Source of the DNA: an uncultured Thermoplasmata archaeon
GTDB lineage: Archaea; Thermoplasmatota; DTKX01; GCA-020343715
Reading direction: 5' to 3'
DNA: 64,000 bases
Assembly (NCBI GenBank): GCA_965369625.1
Contig: CBDUQW010000006.1
Coordinates: forward strand, 4,064 to 68,063
In this document: positions 16,875 to 26,425 of the stretch, piece by piece
Position numbering within the stretch: the stretch's first letter is position 1
Layout: the number at the start of each line of letters is the position of its first letter
Notes under the pieces: generated by a model
Databases searched by the model: none
Told to the model about the DNA's origin: nothing
The model's input: the letters and a program-made list of their open reading frames with translations, nothing else
Made by a program: the position numbers and the translations under genes

Positions 16875-17812
16875 TTGATCACCCCCACGTCACCGCCCAG
16901 GACCAGGGTGAGGAGGGCCATGCGGACCGGTACCCCGTTGAAGGCCTGCTGGAAGTAGCGGGCGTACTTGGTGCCGTCCACCTCGGGGGATATCTCGTCC
17001 ACCCTCGGCAGGGGGTGCATGATTATCATGTTCTTCCTCGCGCCCTCCAGGGACGCCGTGTCGATGCGGAAGGCGCCCGCCACCTTGTTGTACTCCTCGA
17101 TGTCGGGGAAGCGCTCCTTCTGGATGCGGGTGACGTACAGCACGTCCACCTCCCCCATCACCTCGGAGATGTCCTCGTGGACCTCGAAGCGGGCGTTCCG
17201 CTTCTCCAGGTGGGAGACCACCTCGGGTGGCATCTGCAGGGCCTCGGGGGCCACGAAGTGGAGGTCCGCCCCGAACTTGGCCAGGGCGTAGGTGAGGGAG
17301 TGGACGGTGCGGCCGTACTTGAGGTCGCCCACCAGGGCGATGCTCTTCTTCCGGAGGTGGCCCAGCTCGTTGCGCATGGTGTAGAGGTCGAGGAGCGTCT
17401 GGGTGGGATGCTGTCCCGCCCCGTCCCCCGCGTTGATGACCGGGATGTCCGAGAACTCGGCCGCCATCCGGGCGGCGCCCTCGCGACCGTGGCGCAGCAC
17501 GATGACGTCGGCGTACGCGTCCACCATCTTGATGGTGTCGGCGAGGGTCTCGCCCTTGGCCGTGGATGTGGCCCGGACGTCGGAGAAGCCGATGACCTTC
17601 CCGCCGATGCGCTTCATGGAGGTCTCGAAGGAGAGCATGGTGCGCGTGGAGGGCTCGTAGAACATCATGGCCAGAATCTTCCCTGGCACCAGGTCGAGCA
17701 CCTCCTCGCCCCGGGCGGCGGGGACCATCCTCTCGGCCACGTCGAGTATGTAGTTTATCTCCTCCGTCGTGAAGTCCTTGATGCTTACGACGTCCCTCCC
17801 ACGGAAGTCCAC
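16871..17812 (-). CDS. pyrB: Aspartate carbamoyltransferase catalytic subunit
   Basis: STRTR and HPTQ motifs. Length is 313 aa if it starts at the in-frame GTG, which is preceded by GGAGGG. The rest of the 625-aa listed ORF (to 18748) has no ATCase similarity and runs antisense to trm5. Confidence 0.8.
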   Translation of the reverse strand: MDFRGRDVVSIKDFTTEEINYILDVAERMVPAARGEEVLDLVPGKILAMMFYEPSTRTMLSFETSMKRIGGKVIGFSDVRATSTAKGETLADTIKMVDAYADVIVLRHGREGAARMAAEFSDIPVINAGDGAGQHPTQTLLDLYTMRNELGHLRKKSIALVGDLKYGRTVHSLTYALAKFGADLHFVAPEALQMPPEVVSHLEKRNARFEVHEDISEVMGEVDVLYVTRIQKERFPDIEEYNKVAGAFRIDTASLEGARKNMIIMHPLPRVDEISPEVDGTKYARYFQQAFNGVPVRMALLTLVLGGDVGVIK

Positions 17813-17854
17813 GCCATCCCTCCGAAACCTCAATGGCCTAGAGTTACATAAAGG

Positions 17855-18907
17855 TTGACCATGCGTGTGGTCAGGGTGCGTCGCACCGACGTGGACCGGG
17901 CCCTGGGCCGGCTCCTCGACGCCGACCTGGTGGAGCGGGGCCTCAAGGTGGCCAGGAGGGGCGACCACGCCCTCATCCCCCTCAGGGAGGAACCTCCCGA
18001 GGGGCTCCTCGAAGGCATCGACCACGACATGGGGGAAGTGGCCACGGAGGGACTGATGCCGAGGGAGCAGCTGCGAACCCCCCTCGAGAGGGTGGTCCGG
18101 GCCGCCCGCGATGGGGGCTGGACCGAGGACCGGGTGGGAATGCTCCCCGACCGCTGGGAGCGCCTGGGCCGGTTGGTGCTGCTGAGGGTGCCTCCCGGCC
18201 TGGAGGACCGGGAGGTGGAGATGGCGTCCCTCTACGCCAGCGCCCTGGGAGTGGAGGCGGTGCTCGCCGAGGAGGGGCCGGTGACGGGGATCGAGCGCAG
18301 ACCCTCCGTGCGCCTGCTCTGGGGCGAGGGCACCGTCACCGTCCACCGGGAGCACGGCGTGGAGTACGAGTTCGACGCCGCCCGCCAGATGTTCTCCAAG
18401 GGCAACGTCCACGAGCGGCTTCGCATGGGCCAGGTCGTGGAGGAGGGGAACGTGGTGGTGGACATGTTCGCGGGCATCGGATACTTCACCCTGCCCATGG
18501 CCGTCCTCGGCTCCCCTGCGGTGGTGCACAGTGCCGAGATCGACCCCGGGGCCCACGGCTACCTGGAGGGCAACGTGGTCCGCAACGGGGTCGAGGTGAC
18601 CGTCGAGCCCCTGATGGGGAACTGCAGGGAGGTCGTCCCACGGGGGGTGGCCGACCGGGTGGTGATGGGCTACGTTGGCGGCACCGAGGGCTTCCTGGAC
18701 GTGGCCATGGAGGCCCTGGGACCGTCGGGCGGCGTTGTTCACCTCCACGAGAAGTACGGCATCGAGGAGGTACCTGACCGCCCCATGAGGGCCATCGGGG
18801 CGGCGGCCTCGGCATCCGGCAGGACGGCTCGGCTGCTGTCGTGGCGCGAGGTCAAGTCCTACGCGCCCGCCATCTTACACGCCGTGGTGGACGTCGACGT
18901 CAGGTGA
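17855..18907 (+). CDS. trm5: tRNA (guanine37-N1)-methyltransferase Trm5 (Trm5/Tyw2 family)
   Basis: VVDMFAGIGYFTLPMA is the SAM-binding motif of the Met-10+/Trm5 family. Length is 350 aa with a TTG start. Confidence 0.75.
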   Translation: MTMRVVRVRRTDVDRALGRLLDADLVERGLKVARRGDHALIPLREEPPEGLLEGIDHDMGEVATEGLMPREQLRTPLERVVRAARDGGWTEDRVGMLPDRWERLGRLVLLRVPPGLEDREVEMASLYASALGVEAVLAEEGPVTGIERRPSVRLLWGEGTVTVHREHGVEYEFDAARQMFSKGNVHERLRMGQVVEEGNVVVDMFAGIGYFTLPMAVLGSPAVVHSAEIDPGAHGYLEGNVVRNGVEVTVEPLMGNCREVVPRGVADRVVMGYVGGTEGFLDVAMEALGPSGGVVHLHEKYGIEEVPDRPMRAIGAAASASGRTARLLSWREVKSYAPAILHAVVDVDVR

Positions 18908-19102
18908 TGTCAGTGACATCAGGGACGTCCGGCGACCGCGGGGGCCTTGACCCATATGGCCATTGCCGGTGCTCTAGGCATTGAGCCCTTGAGGGGGATC
19001 TCGAGCCCCCGAGTTCAGTGTGACACCATGTCATGTTCCCTTGGAAGTCGGCCTAGAAGGGGCTGACGCTGAGGGGGATGGATGACGGGCGTAGTGGCCC
19101 GC

Positions 19103-22003
19103 CTAGTAGTCCAGCTCGTCGGAGTAATCGGGGAACCCGTTGGCAGGGACCTCTTGGGTCTCCTCCTCCGTGGGTGGCCTCGGCACCGAGGTCGGTGAGG
19201 TGGAGGCGGCCTGGTCGGCGCCGTAGAGGGCGACGGCCTCGTCCTCGGCCGGGGCTCCTGGCTTCCCCCTCATCACCATGATGGCGACGATGATGATGAC
19301 GAGGACGGCCACGATGACGCCCACCAGGACCATTACTCCCGAGGCTCCAGTGGACGTGGTGGTGGCCTCCTCCTCTATCTTGATCTCGAAGCTGTCGGTG
19401 GAGACGCCACCCCTGCTGTCGGTGACCTTCAGGGTCACGTTGTAGGTGCTTGGACTGGCGTAGATGTGGCTCCCCACCTTGTCGGTGGAGGTGGTGCCGT
19501 CACCGAATTCCCAGAGGTACGTCATGTCGTCATCGTTGGCGTCGGTCGCACCTGGGTCGAAGTAGACGGTCTCGTCCACCCTGTAGTTGCCACCCCCCAC
19601 CCTCTCACGGGGCGCTGGGTCGAGGGTCGGGATCCGGTTGGCGTCCACGTAGGCCTCCAGGGGGTACGAGTCCCCGGTGATCTCGAAGATCAGGTCGTGG
19701 GTCCCTGCCTCGGCCGTCCAGTAGAAGATCAGGGTCACCGGGGTGTCGACGTTGATGTTGATGGTGTCCTGGGAGACCTCGGTACCGTCGACGATGAAGG
19801 TGACGGTCACCCCACTGGCCCTGGCCTCGCCCCTGTTGTCGAGGACCACGGTGTACTTGATCGTGTCGGTCTCCACGGGGTACTCGTTGTTGGCCTCCGC
19901 GGTGATGAAGAACGGGTCGGGCTCGTAGGGCTTGACGGTGATGGTCACGTTGGTGCTGTGCTCGCCCTCGAAATCGTCCCTCACCGTCAGGGTGATGGCG
20001 TGCTCGCCCTCGGAGAGGGCCTTGTCGAAGGCCGCGGCGGTGCTCAGCAGACCGTCGATGTCGGAGACCCATTCGTACGTGAGGTCGTCGTCCTCCGGGT
20101 CCGTCGAGCTGACGGCGCTGAAGGGTATGTACTCGTCGGGGATGTACCTCTTCCCGTCGACGGGCAACGATATCTTGGCCAGGGGGTCCATGTTGATCAC
20201 GGTGGGTCCCTCCATGGGGCCCACGGCGGGATATCTCACCTGGTGCTTCCCATCGTTGAAGACGAAGTATATCCAGTGGGTGCCCATCGAAAGGGTGGTG
20301 GTGTACCTGAAGGTCTCGCCTCTGTAGTACTCGGACCCGTCGGGGTCCATGATGTTGGCCACCTCGTCGACGTAGATGTACGAGATGCTGGGATGGTCGT
20401 TCTCCTGGTCGGTGTAACTGATGGAGAAGGTGAACTCGTCCTTCCTGGTCCCCTCGTCGGGGCTGAACATGGGCATGGTCAGGTAGGGCTCGTTGTTCGG
20501 GGGGTCCACCTCGGGGCCGAGTATCCAGTTGGGGCTGTCGGTCTGGGGCGGCAGGCGCTTCTCGTCGATGCCGTCGGAGAAGAGGTAGTAGTACTTGTGG
20601 TTGAATCCCACCGCGAGCTTGGTGTCGTAGTAGTAGGTGACCCAGTCGTTCCACGGTCCCGTCGAGTCCGTCTGCATCTCGTGGGCGACGCCGTTGATGT
20701 TGATCATCGGCGAGACGGCCTCCTCGTTGTCGGCGTCCTTGTACATGATGTCGAAGTGGAAGATGGTGGACGTGTCGCCTCGCAGCGGGGCGTAGCTGGG
20801 CGACATGAGCTGCGGGTACTTGTTCCGGGGCTTGATGACCACCTGGGTGGCGTTCCATCCGTTGTCGCCCGTGGCGTCGGCGAAGCCGTCGGTGGCGAAG
20901 AACCGGTAGGTGTAGGTGCCCGGGTCGAGCCTTGTGGTCCAGGAGACCCACCTGCCGTCGGTCCAGGGGTCCGGCGAGTGCATGGGGGAGAGGGAGTGCT
21001 CGAGGACCGAGGAGGTGGCGTTCCTGAAGTACACCTTGGCCTCGGAGGGGCCCAGGTCCGGCCAGTCGTCGGGGTCCTGGTAGAACACCTTGAAGGTGAC
21101 GTCGTCGTCCTCGTTGGGGTTTTCTGGGGTCGCGACTTGTCCGGAGGCGATGGAGGGGGCCTGGTTGGGCACGGGGGTCATGTCGCTGTAGGTCGACTGG
21201 AGCACCTCGGCCGCGTACCTGTCGCTGCCTCCGTCTACCCGTGTGTGGGTCTGGACGAAGGCCACTACGGCCATGTCGTCCACCTTGGTGAAGGCGTCGG
21301 AGCTCAGGTCGAAGTTGTACTCGTACTCCTTGGTCTCTCCGTTGGCGATGGTCATCACCTCGCCGTTGGCGGAGGGCAGCATCTTGCGCACGGTGTAGTG
21401 GTGCATGGTCACACCGTTGCCACCATTCCAGGGCCCGTACTCCTTCCGCACGAGGACTGTGTGCAGGTACAGGTTCGATATGGAGGGCGTCTCCAGGGCG
21501 GTGACGTTCACCCAGACCTTGCCCGCCTTGTTGGGGGGTATGATGCCGTCCACGGTGATGTGCAGCTGGGACTGGATGGCCCGCCGGGTGTCGTACTGGG
21601 TCTCGAACCAATCCTCGGCGGCCTGTTCATCATAGAAACCACCCGCATGGATGATCTTGCCATCCACCCACATGTTGGGGGTCGAATGGGGTCCTGAGCT
21701 GATGTACCAGCCTTGGCGGGTGGCGGCGTCCTGGGTGGAGAGCTTGTCGGGTCGGGGGATCGGCCGGTGGTACACGAGGGCGATGGCCTCGTCGCGAGTG
21801 TGGGAATCCAAGAAGCCGTCAAGTCCCAGGTCCGCGTTCCTGCAGGGGGGACAATCCGCCCCCGTGAACATCTCCACCAGGACCGCCCTGGCCTCGGTGG
21901 CGTTCGGGGTGATGTTCCTGTCCGCGGCCCCAACGGGGACGAGGAGGGAGAAGCCAGATAGCAGGAACATGGTCAGTATCAAGGTGGTCATCAACCTTTT
22001 CAT
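19103..22003 (-). CDS. Giant surface protein: signal peptide, N-terminal thioredoxin-fold domain (CPPC), Ig-like/PKD repeats, C-terminal transmembrane anchor
   Basis: Start at MKRLMTT (ATG with GGAGGT 6 nt upstream). The domain VLVEMFTGADCPPCRNADLG follows directly after the signal peptide. The C-terminus is a hydrophobic helix (GVMVLVGVIVAVLVIIIVAIMV) plus an acidic tail. Confidence 0.75.
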   Translation of the reverse strand: MKRLMTTLILTMFLLSGFSLLVPVGAADRNITPNATEARAVLVEMFTGADCPPCRNADLGLDGFLDSHTRDEAIALVYHRPIPRPDKLSTQDAATRQGWYISSGPHSTPNMWVDGKIIHAGGFYDEQAAEDWFETQYDTRRAIQSQLHITVDGIIPPNKAGKVWVNVTALETPSISNLYLHTVLVRKEYGPWNGGNGVTMHHYTVRKMLPSANGEVMTIANGETKEYEYNFDLSSDAFTKVDDMAVVAFVQTHTRVDGGSDRYAAEVLQSTYSDMTPVPNQAPSIASGQVATPENPNEDDDVTFKVFYQDPDDWPDLGPSEAKVYFRNATSSVLEHSLSPMHSPDPWTDGRWVSWTTRLDPGTYTYRFFATDGFADATGDNGWNATQVVIKPRNKYPQLMSPSYAPLRGDTSTIFHFDIMYKDADNEEAVSPMININGVAHEMQTDSTGPWNDWVTYYYDTKLAVGFNHKYYYLFSDGIDEKRLPPQTDSPNWILGPEVDPPNNEPYLTMPMFSPDEGTRKDEFTFSISYTDQENDHPSISYIYVDEVANIMDPDGSEYYRGETFRYTTTLSMGTHWIYFVFNDGKHQVRYPAVGPMEGPTVINMDPLAKISLPVDGKRYIPDEYIPFSAVSSTDPEDDDLTYEWVSDIDGLLSTAAAFDKALSEGEHAITLTVRDDFEGEHSTNVTITVKPYEPDPFFITAEANNEYPVETDTIKYTVVLDNRGEARASGVTVTFIVDGTEVSQDTININVDTPVTLIFYWTAEAGTHDLIFEITGDSYPLEAYVDANRIPTLDPAPRERVGGGNYRVDETVYFDPGATDANDDDMTYLWEFGDGTTSTDKVGSHIYASPSTYNVTLKVTDSRGGVSTDSFEIKIEEEATTTSTGASGVMVLVGVIVAVLVIIIVAIMVMRGKPGAPAEDEAVALYGADQAASTSPTSVPRPPTEEETQEVPANGFPDYSDELDY

Positions 22004-22039
22004 AGCATTACCTCCAGTAAGCCTTCTCATTGCGATGGC

Positions 22040-22062
22040 GAAGACCTTTAAAAAATGTTTGG
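22040..22062 (-). promoter_or_regulatory. BRE/TATA promoter (sense strand CGAAACCAAACATTTTTTAAAGG) for the thioredoxin-fold surface protein gene
   Basis: A T-rich TATA preceded by an A-rich BRE lies 40-60 nt upstream of the ATG at 22003. Confidence 0.5.
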
Positions 22063-22363
22063 TTTCGAACACTGGCGCCTGAATGGGAGGTGGCTGGCAG
22101 GGACCGCTTCGGATTAGGTGTGGCTAAATCTCGAGACCCCCTTCCGTGCCGGTGAGGGGGCCTGAGATGACTGGCATCGGTGGTCACGGGAGGTGACGGG
22201 GGAGGCCTATCCCGAGGTTCCACCCCGTGGTGCTCCCCCCCAGGCTCGCGCAGATGTTGAAATGTCCAGTTCGAACTGCCTTCGGCTCGCGCTGTGGGCT
22301 AGGCGGGCCCCGTGGGGTCCGCGCCGTTGCACCCTGGGGGGGGTGCTAGGTCGTTCCAATTGT

Positions 22364-25075
22364 CTACCGTCGGCGGCGCACTACCACGACCAGCATGGCG
22401 ACCAGGAAGGCGCTGGCGGCGAGGAGCGCACCGAAGCCAGGGGACTCGTCGTCCGACTGGGGCTTGGTGACGGTCACCGTCAGTTCCTTGCTCACGACAC
22501 CACCGCGCTCGTCGGTGACGGTGACCTTCACGGTGTAGGTACCGGCCTCCGAGTACACGTGGGTGGGGGTCGCCCGGGTGTCGGTCATGCCGTCGCCGAA
22601 GTCCCAGAAGTAGGTGGCGTCATCGCCGTTGGCGTCGGTGACCTCGATGGTGAAGTAGACGTCCTTGCCAGGCTCGACCTCCAGTTCGGTGCCACCGCCC
22701 TCGAGGAAGGTCACCGTGACCTCGGGCAGCGTGTTGGCGGCCACGACCTCGGTGAGGTCCATGGACTCCTTCCCCACCTCGATGGTGATGGTGTGGGTGC
22801 CGACCACGGCCTCGGGCCAGGTGAAGACCTGGTCCGTGAGGGTGTTGCGCTGCACCGTCAGGGTGTCCGAGCTTATCTGGACGCCGTCCACCAGGAAGCG
22901 GATCTCCACGCCGGTGTCCTGGATCTCGCCGTCGTTGTTGAGGGTGACGGTGTACTTCACGCGGTCCATCTCCACGGGCTCGGCCGCGTCGGGGGTGATG
23001 CTCACGATGAAGGTGTGAGGCTCGTAGGGCTTGACCGTCAGGGAGACGGAGGTGGAGTGGACGCCGCCCCAGGAGTCGGTGACCTCAAGGGTGATGGTGT
23101 GCTCGCCCTCCGAGAGGGGCTTGTCGAAGGCCTCCAGGGTGCTGAGCTCGCCATCGACGTCCGAGGTCCACTTGTAGCTCATCTCGTCGCCCTCGGGGTC
23201 GTCGGAGCCGACGGCGCTGAAGGGGATGTAGTCGTCCGGAGTGAAGCGGACGCCGTCCGCGGGGGCAGCTATCTTCGCCACGGGGTCCATGTTGGTCACC
23301 ACGGGGCCGGTGATGTAGCCCGTCGCGGGGAACCTCACCATGGTCTTCCCGTCGTTGAACCCGAAGTGGATATCGTGGCCGCCCATGGTCATCCGGGTGG
23401 TGTAGCGGAAGGTGACGCCGACATCGTAGACCGACCCGTCGGGGTTCATGATGTACGGGACGTCGTCGATGTACACGTAGGATATGGTGGGATGGGCGTT
23501 CTCGGCATCGGTGTATTTGACGGTGAAGGTGAACTCGGTGTCCCGGGTGCCCTCCGCTGGCGTGAACTTCCCTTCGGTCAGGTATGGCTCGTTGTTGGGG
23601 GCCAAGACCTCCGGTCCTATGAAGAAGTTGGGGCTGGCGCCGGCGGACGGCATCCTCACCGAGTCCTCGCCGTCCGAGAACGTGAAGTAGTATCGGTAAA
23701 TGTCCTTGACCGACAGGGTGGTCTCGTAGTAGAAGGTCGCCCAGCTGTTCCATGGTCCAGTGGAATCGGTGTCCATGTCGTGGCCGACATTGTCGATGTA
23801 GATCTTGGCCTCCGCGGGCTCCTCGTTGTCCAGGTCCCGGTAGAGGATGTCGAAGCGGAACACGGTGTTGGTATCGCCGTCCTGGGGAGCGTAGCTGTGG
23901 GTGCTGAGCTGGGGCACCTTGTTCCGGGGGAGGATGGTGATCTGGGTGGCGTTCCAGGCTACGTCCCCGGTCGCGTCGTCCTCGCCGTCGTTGGCGGAGA
24001 AGCGGTAGGTGTACGTGCCCGGGGTCAGCGTGTTGGTGTACTGCATCCATTTGCCTACAGTGAAGGGGTCACCGCTGGAGATTTTGATCAGGTCGTGGCT
24101 GGTCGGATCGTTCGTGCCGTTCTTGAGGTAGACCTTGGCCTCGGAGGGGCCTTTGTCCTTCCTGTCGTCAGTGTCGCGGTACCATACCTTGAACTGGACC
24201 TCGTCATCCTCGGTGGCCTCGAGGGTCGATGCCTGTCCATCGCTGATGGTCGGAGGGACGTTGGGGAGCACGGGCACGCCGACGTAAGCTGCCTGGAGGA
24301 CCTCCAGGCCCGTTCCATGGGACTGCACGAAGGCGATGATGCCGATCTCCTCCCGGTCCTGGGCGTACGAGGACGTGTCGAAGGAGTATTCGACGTTCTT
24401 CGTCTGACCCTGGGTCAGGGAGACGGTGGTGCCCGACGCGCCCTCGGACTCAAGGAAGTCCCGGGCGGACCAGTTATGCCAATTCTCATTGTTACCACCG
24501 TTATAGGGACCGTAGTTCATTTCGAAGACCACGGTGTGGAGCTTCAGGTTAGAGAGGCTTGGGGTATCGACGGCGGTGATGTTGATCCAGGCATCGCCCT
24601 CTCCAGTCATGTCATCGTAGTCCCACTCCACCGTCAATCGGAGGGGAGAGGTAATGACCGACCGTTGGTTTATTAATCCCACGACCCGGTTGTAGTTCTG
24701 AACGGGGGTCCCAGCGGATCCATGAGCAGCAAGTTTTCCGTCGACCTTGATATGTGGGATACCGGACGGGTTGTAGAGGCTTAAACGAGCGTTCCCCTCG
24801 GTGTTCGAGAGTTGGTCACCCGAATGATAGGCGAGAATGACAACCTCGTCCCTCTCAAAGTTGTCCTCAACCATCTGCAGGCCCTTGTTCGCATTCACGC
24901 AGGGACCACACCAGGCTCCGGTCATTAGCTCCGCCAGCACCACGCGCTGGGTGCCCATGGGCGCGATGTCCATGGGCGCTGGCCCGGCTTCCTCGGCAGA
25001 AGCTGCCGGCACGAAGACGGCCATGGTCGATATCAAGAACAATACAACGATTCCAATGGTACGGATCTTTGCCAC
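22364..25075 (-). CDS. Giant surface protein, paralogue: thioredoxin-fold domain (WCGPC), Ig-like/PKD repeats, C-terminal transmembrane anchor
   Basis: GTG start giving MAKIRTIGIVVLFLISTMAVFVPAASA as signal peptide, with AAGGAGGA 7 nt upstream. LAELMTGAWCGPCVNANK is the canonical thioredoxin active site. Architecture is collinear with 19103..22003. Confidence 0.75.
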   Translation of the reverse strand: MAKIRTIGIVVLFLISTMAVFVPAASAEEAGPAPMDIAPMGTQRVVLAELMTGAWCGPCVNANKGLQMVEDNFERDEVVILAYHSGDQLSNTEGNARLSLYNPSGIPHIKVDGKLAAHGSAGTPVQNYNRVVGLINQRSVITSPLRLTVEWDYDDMTGEGDAWINITAVDTPSLSNLKLHTVVFEMNYGPYNGGNNENWHNWSARDFLESEGASGTTVSLTQGQTKNVEYSFDTSSYAQDREEIGIIAFVQSHGTGLEVLQAAYVGVPVLPNVPPTISDGQASTLEATEDDEVQFKVWYRDTDDRKDKGPSEAKVYLKNGTNDPTSHDLIKISSGDPFTVGKWMQYTNTLTPGTYTYRFSANDGEDDATGDVAWNATQITILPRNKVPQLSTHSYAPQDGDTNTVFRFDILYRDLDNEEPAEAKIYIDNVGHDMDTDSTGPWNSWATFYYETTLSVKDIYRYYFTFSDGEDSVRMPSAGASPNFFIGPEVLAPNNEPYLTEGKFTPAEGTRDTEFTFTVKYTDAENAHPTISYVYIDDVPYIMNPDGSVYDVGVTFRYTTRMTMGGHDIHFGFNDGKTMVRFPATGYITGPVVTNMDPVAKIAAPADGVRFTPDDYIPFSAVGSDDPEGDEMSYKWTSDVDGELSTLEAFDKPLSEGEHTITLEVTDSWGGVHSTSVSLTVKPYEPHTFIVSITPDAAEPVEMDRVKYTVTLNNDGEIQDTGVEIRFLVDGVQISSDTLTVQRNTLTDQVFTWPEAVVGTHTITIEVGKESMDLTEVVAANTLPEVTVTFLEGGGTELEVEPGKDVYFTIEVTDANGDDATYFWDFGDGMTDTRATPTHVYSEAGTYTVKVTVTDERGGVVSKELTVTVTKPQSDDESPGFGALLAASAFLVAMLVVVVRRRR

Positions 25076-25282
25076 CCTAACATCCTCCTTATACAGGATC
25101 TTATCCCAATCGACAAGATGGCAAGGGCGTTCTCCCCACTCTTCTACATGGGTCCCCCTGACCAATCTCAGTACGACTGGTGGAGATTCAAAGCGTGGGT
25201 CCAGTAGATAAAACCTTTGGTTTTTAGTTGGACTGGAGTGTTAGGGCCAGCTAATCCCATTAGAGGAGTTTTGGGAACATTC

Positions 25283-25771
25283 CTACAGTTGGTCCAGCAG
25301 CAGGGAGAGCACCGCATCGGCCGAGGCCGCCTTGACGGCCATGCGGTCCCCGGGGAAGACGTTCCGGCGGACCTCCGCGCCAGGGGGGCCAGAAACGGCC
25401 ACGAAGACCAGGCCCAGGGGCTTCTCCTCGGTGGCCCCGGTGGGGCCCGCGATGCCGGTGGTGGAGATGCCCCAGGTGGTCCCTGCGTTGGCCCTGACGC
25501 CCTCGGCCATCTCCCGGGCCAACGCGCTGACCGCCCCGTGGGCGATAAGGGTGGCCTCCTGGACGTCCAGAAGGGCCTCCTTGGCCTCGTTGGCGTAGGC
25601 GATGACCCCCTCCACGAAGTAGGCGGAGCTGCCGGGCACGTCGGTGATCCTGCTGGCCACCAGGCCGCCGGTGAGGGATTCGGCTATGGCCAGGGTATCT
25701 CCTCGTTCCGTCAGGAGCCTGCCGATCTCCTCCTCAAGCGACATCCTCTCCTCTCCCGATTCTCGTAGCAC
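25283..25771 (-). CDS. CinA C-terminal domain protein (nicotinamide-nucleotide amidohydrolase PncC family)
   Basis: TLAIAESLTGGLVASRITDVPGSS is the CinA/PncC signature. An alternative start lies at the second Met (25744). Confidence 0.75.
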   Translation of the reverse strand: MLRESGEERMSLEEEIGRLLTERGDTLAIAESLTGGLVASRITDVPGSSAYFVEGVIAYANEAKEALLDVQEATLIAHGAVSALAREMAEGVRANAGTTWGISTTGIAGPTGATEEKPLGLVFVAVSGPPGAEVRRNVFPGDRMAVKAASADAVLSLLLDQL

Positions 25772-25855
25772 CCGACATGGTGATAAACGTTCGGACTTTC
25801 ACCGAACCCCTGTCTCGGGTTTTTTTACCCAAGGTCATCATCCCCCACTGTCGAG

Positions 25856-26271
25856 GTGGACCAGGTGTGGAAGGACGACATCAGGGAGTTGGATGACATC
25901 CCAGTCCTCTGCGTGAGGGCGGAGGGGGGCTGAACGGTGTCAAGGAGGCATGGGAGCGGGTCGAGGAGCCCCTGGAAAGCCTCCGGGGTCGCAGGTTCTA
26001 TGGGACCTACCTCTGCGAGGCAGAGGACTACCGGGCCTGCTTCAGGGCAAGGAGGGACGACCCTGAGTTCGAGGGTCTGGAGAGGTGGGTGATCCCCGGA
26101 GGAAGGTACGCCCGGCGGAAGCTGACGGACTGGAGGGACGATACGAGCCGGATCGGAAGGGCGTTCGATGAGATGGCCCACCATTTCGGCGAGGAGGGGG
26201 ACGCGGAGCGTCCCAGCATCGATTTCTACAGGAACCTGAATGAGGTCATCCTGTACTTCCCCATAAGGTGA
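25856..26271 (+). pseudogene. GyrI-like small-molecule-binding domain protein, interrupted by a frameshift in a G6 homopolymer
   Basis: The N-terminal part (GTG start; ...DIPVLCVRAEGG) ends at a TGA at about 25931. The same protein continues in the +1 frame (LNGVKEAWERVEEPLESLRGRRFYGTYLCEAEDYRACF...WVIPGGRYARR...) to 26271. Inserting one G into GGGGGG (25924-25929) restores a single roughly 140-aa ORF. Confidence 0.5.
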
Positions 26272-26295
26272 ACCTCCAGGAACGATAGGATAAGG

Positions 26296-26371
26296 TGGGC
26301 CTAGCCGGATTCGAACCGGCGACCTCCCGGTTATCAGCCGGGTGCTCCAGACCGTACTAAGCTATAGGCCC
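26296..26371 (-). tRNA. tRNA-Ile (anticodon GAU)
   Basis: The reverse complement folds as a cloverleaf. The 7-bp acceptor stem pairs GGGCCTA with TAGGCCC. The anticodon stem CCCGG/CCGGG carries loop CTGATAA. The T-arm contains GGTTCGAATCC. No CCA is encoded. Confidence 0.85.
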
Positions 26372-26425
26372 AGTGGGATTTGGGAAAGCCCTGTCCCCTA
26401 GATAAAATCTTCGACCCCCCGCCGC

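Noticed and set aside
17813-18748. N-terminal 312-aa extension of the listed 625-aa pyrB ORF
   Set aside because: It has no ATCase similarity. pyrB has a GTG start with a GGAGGG ribosome-binding site at the expected position. The extension lies antisense to trm5.
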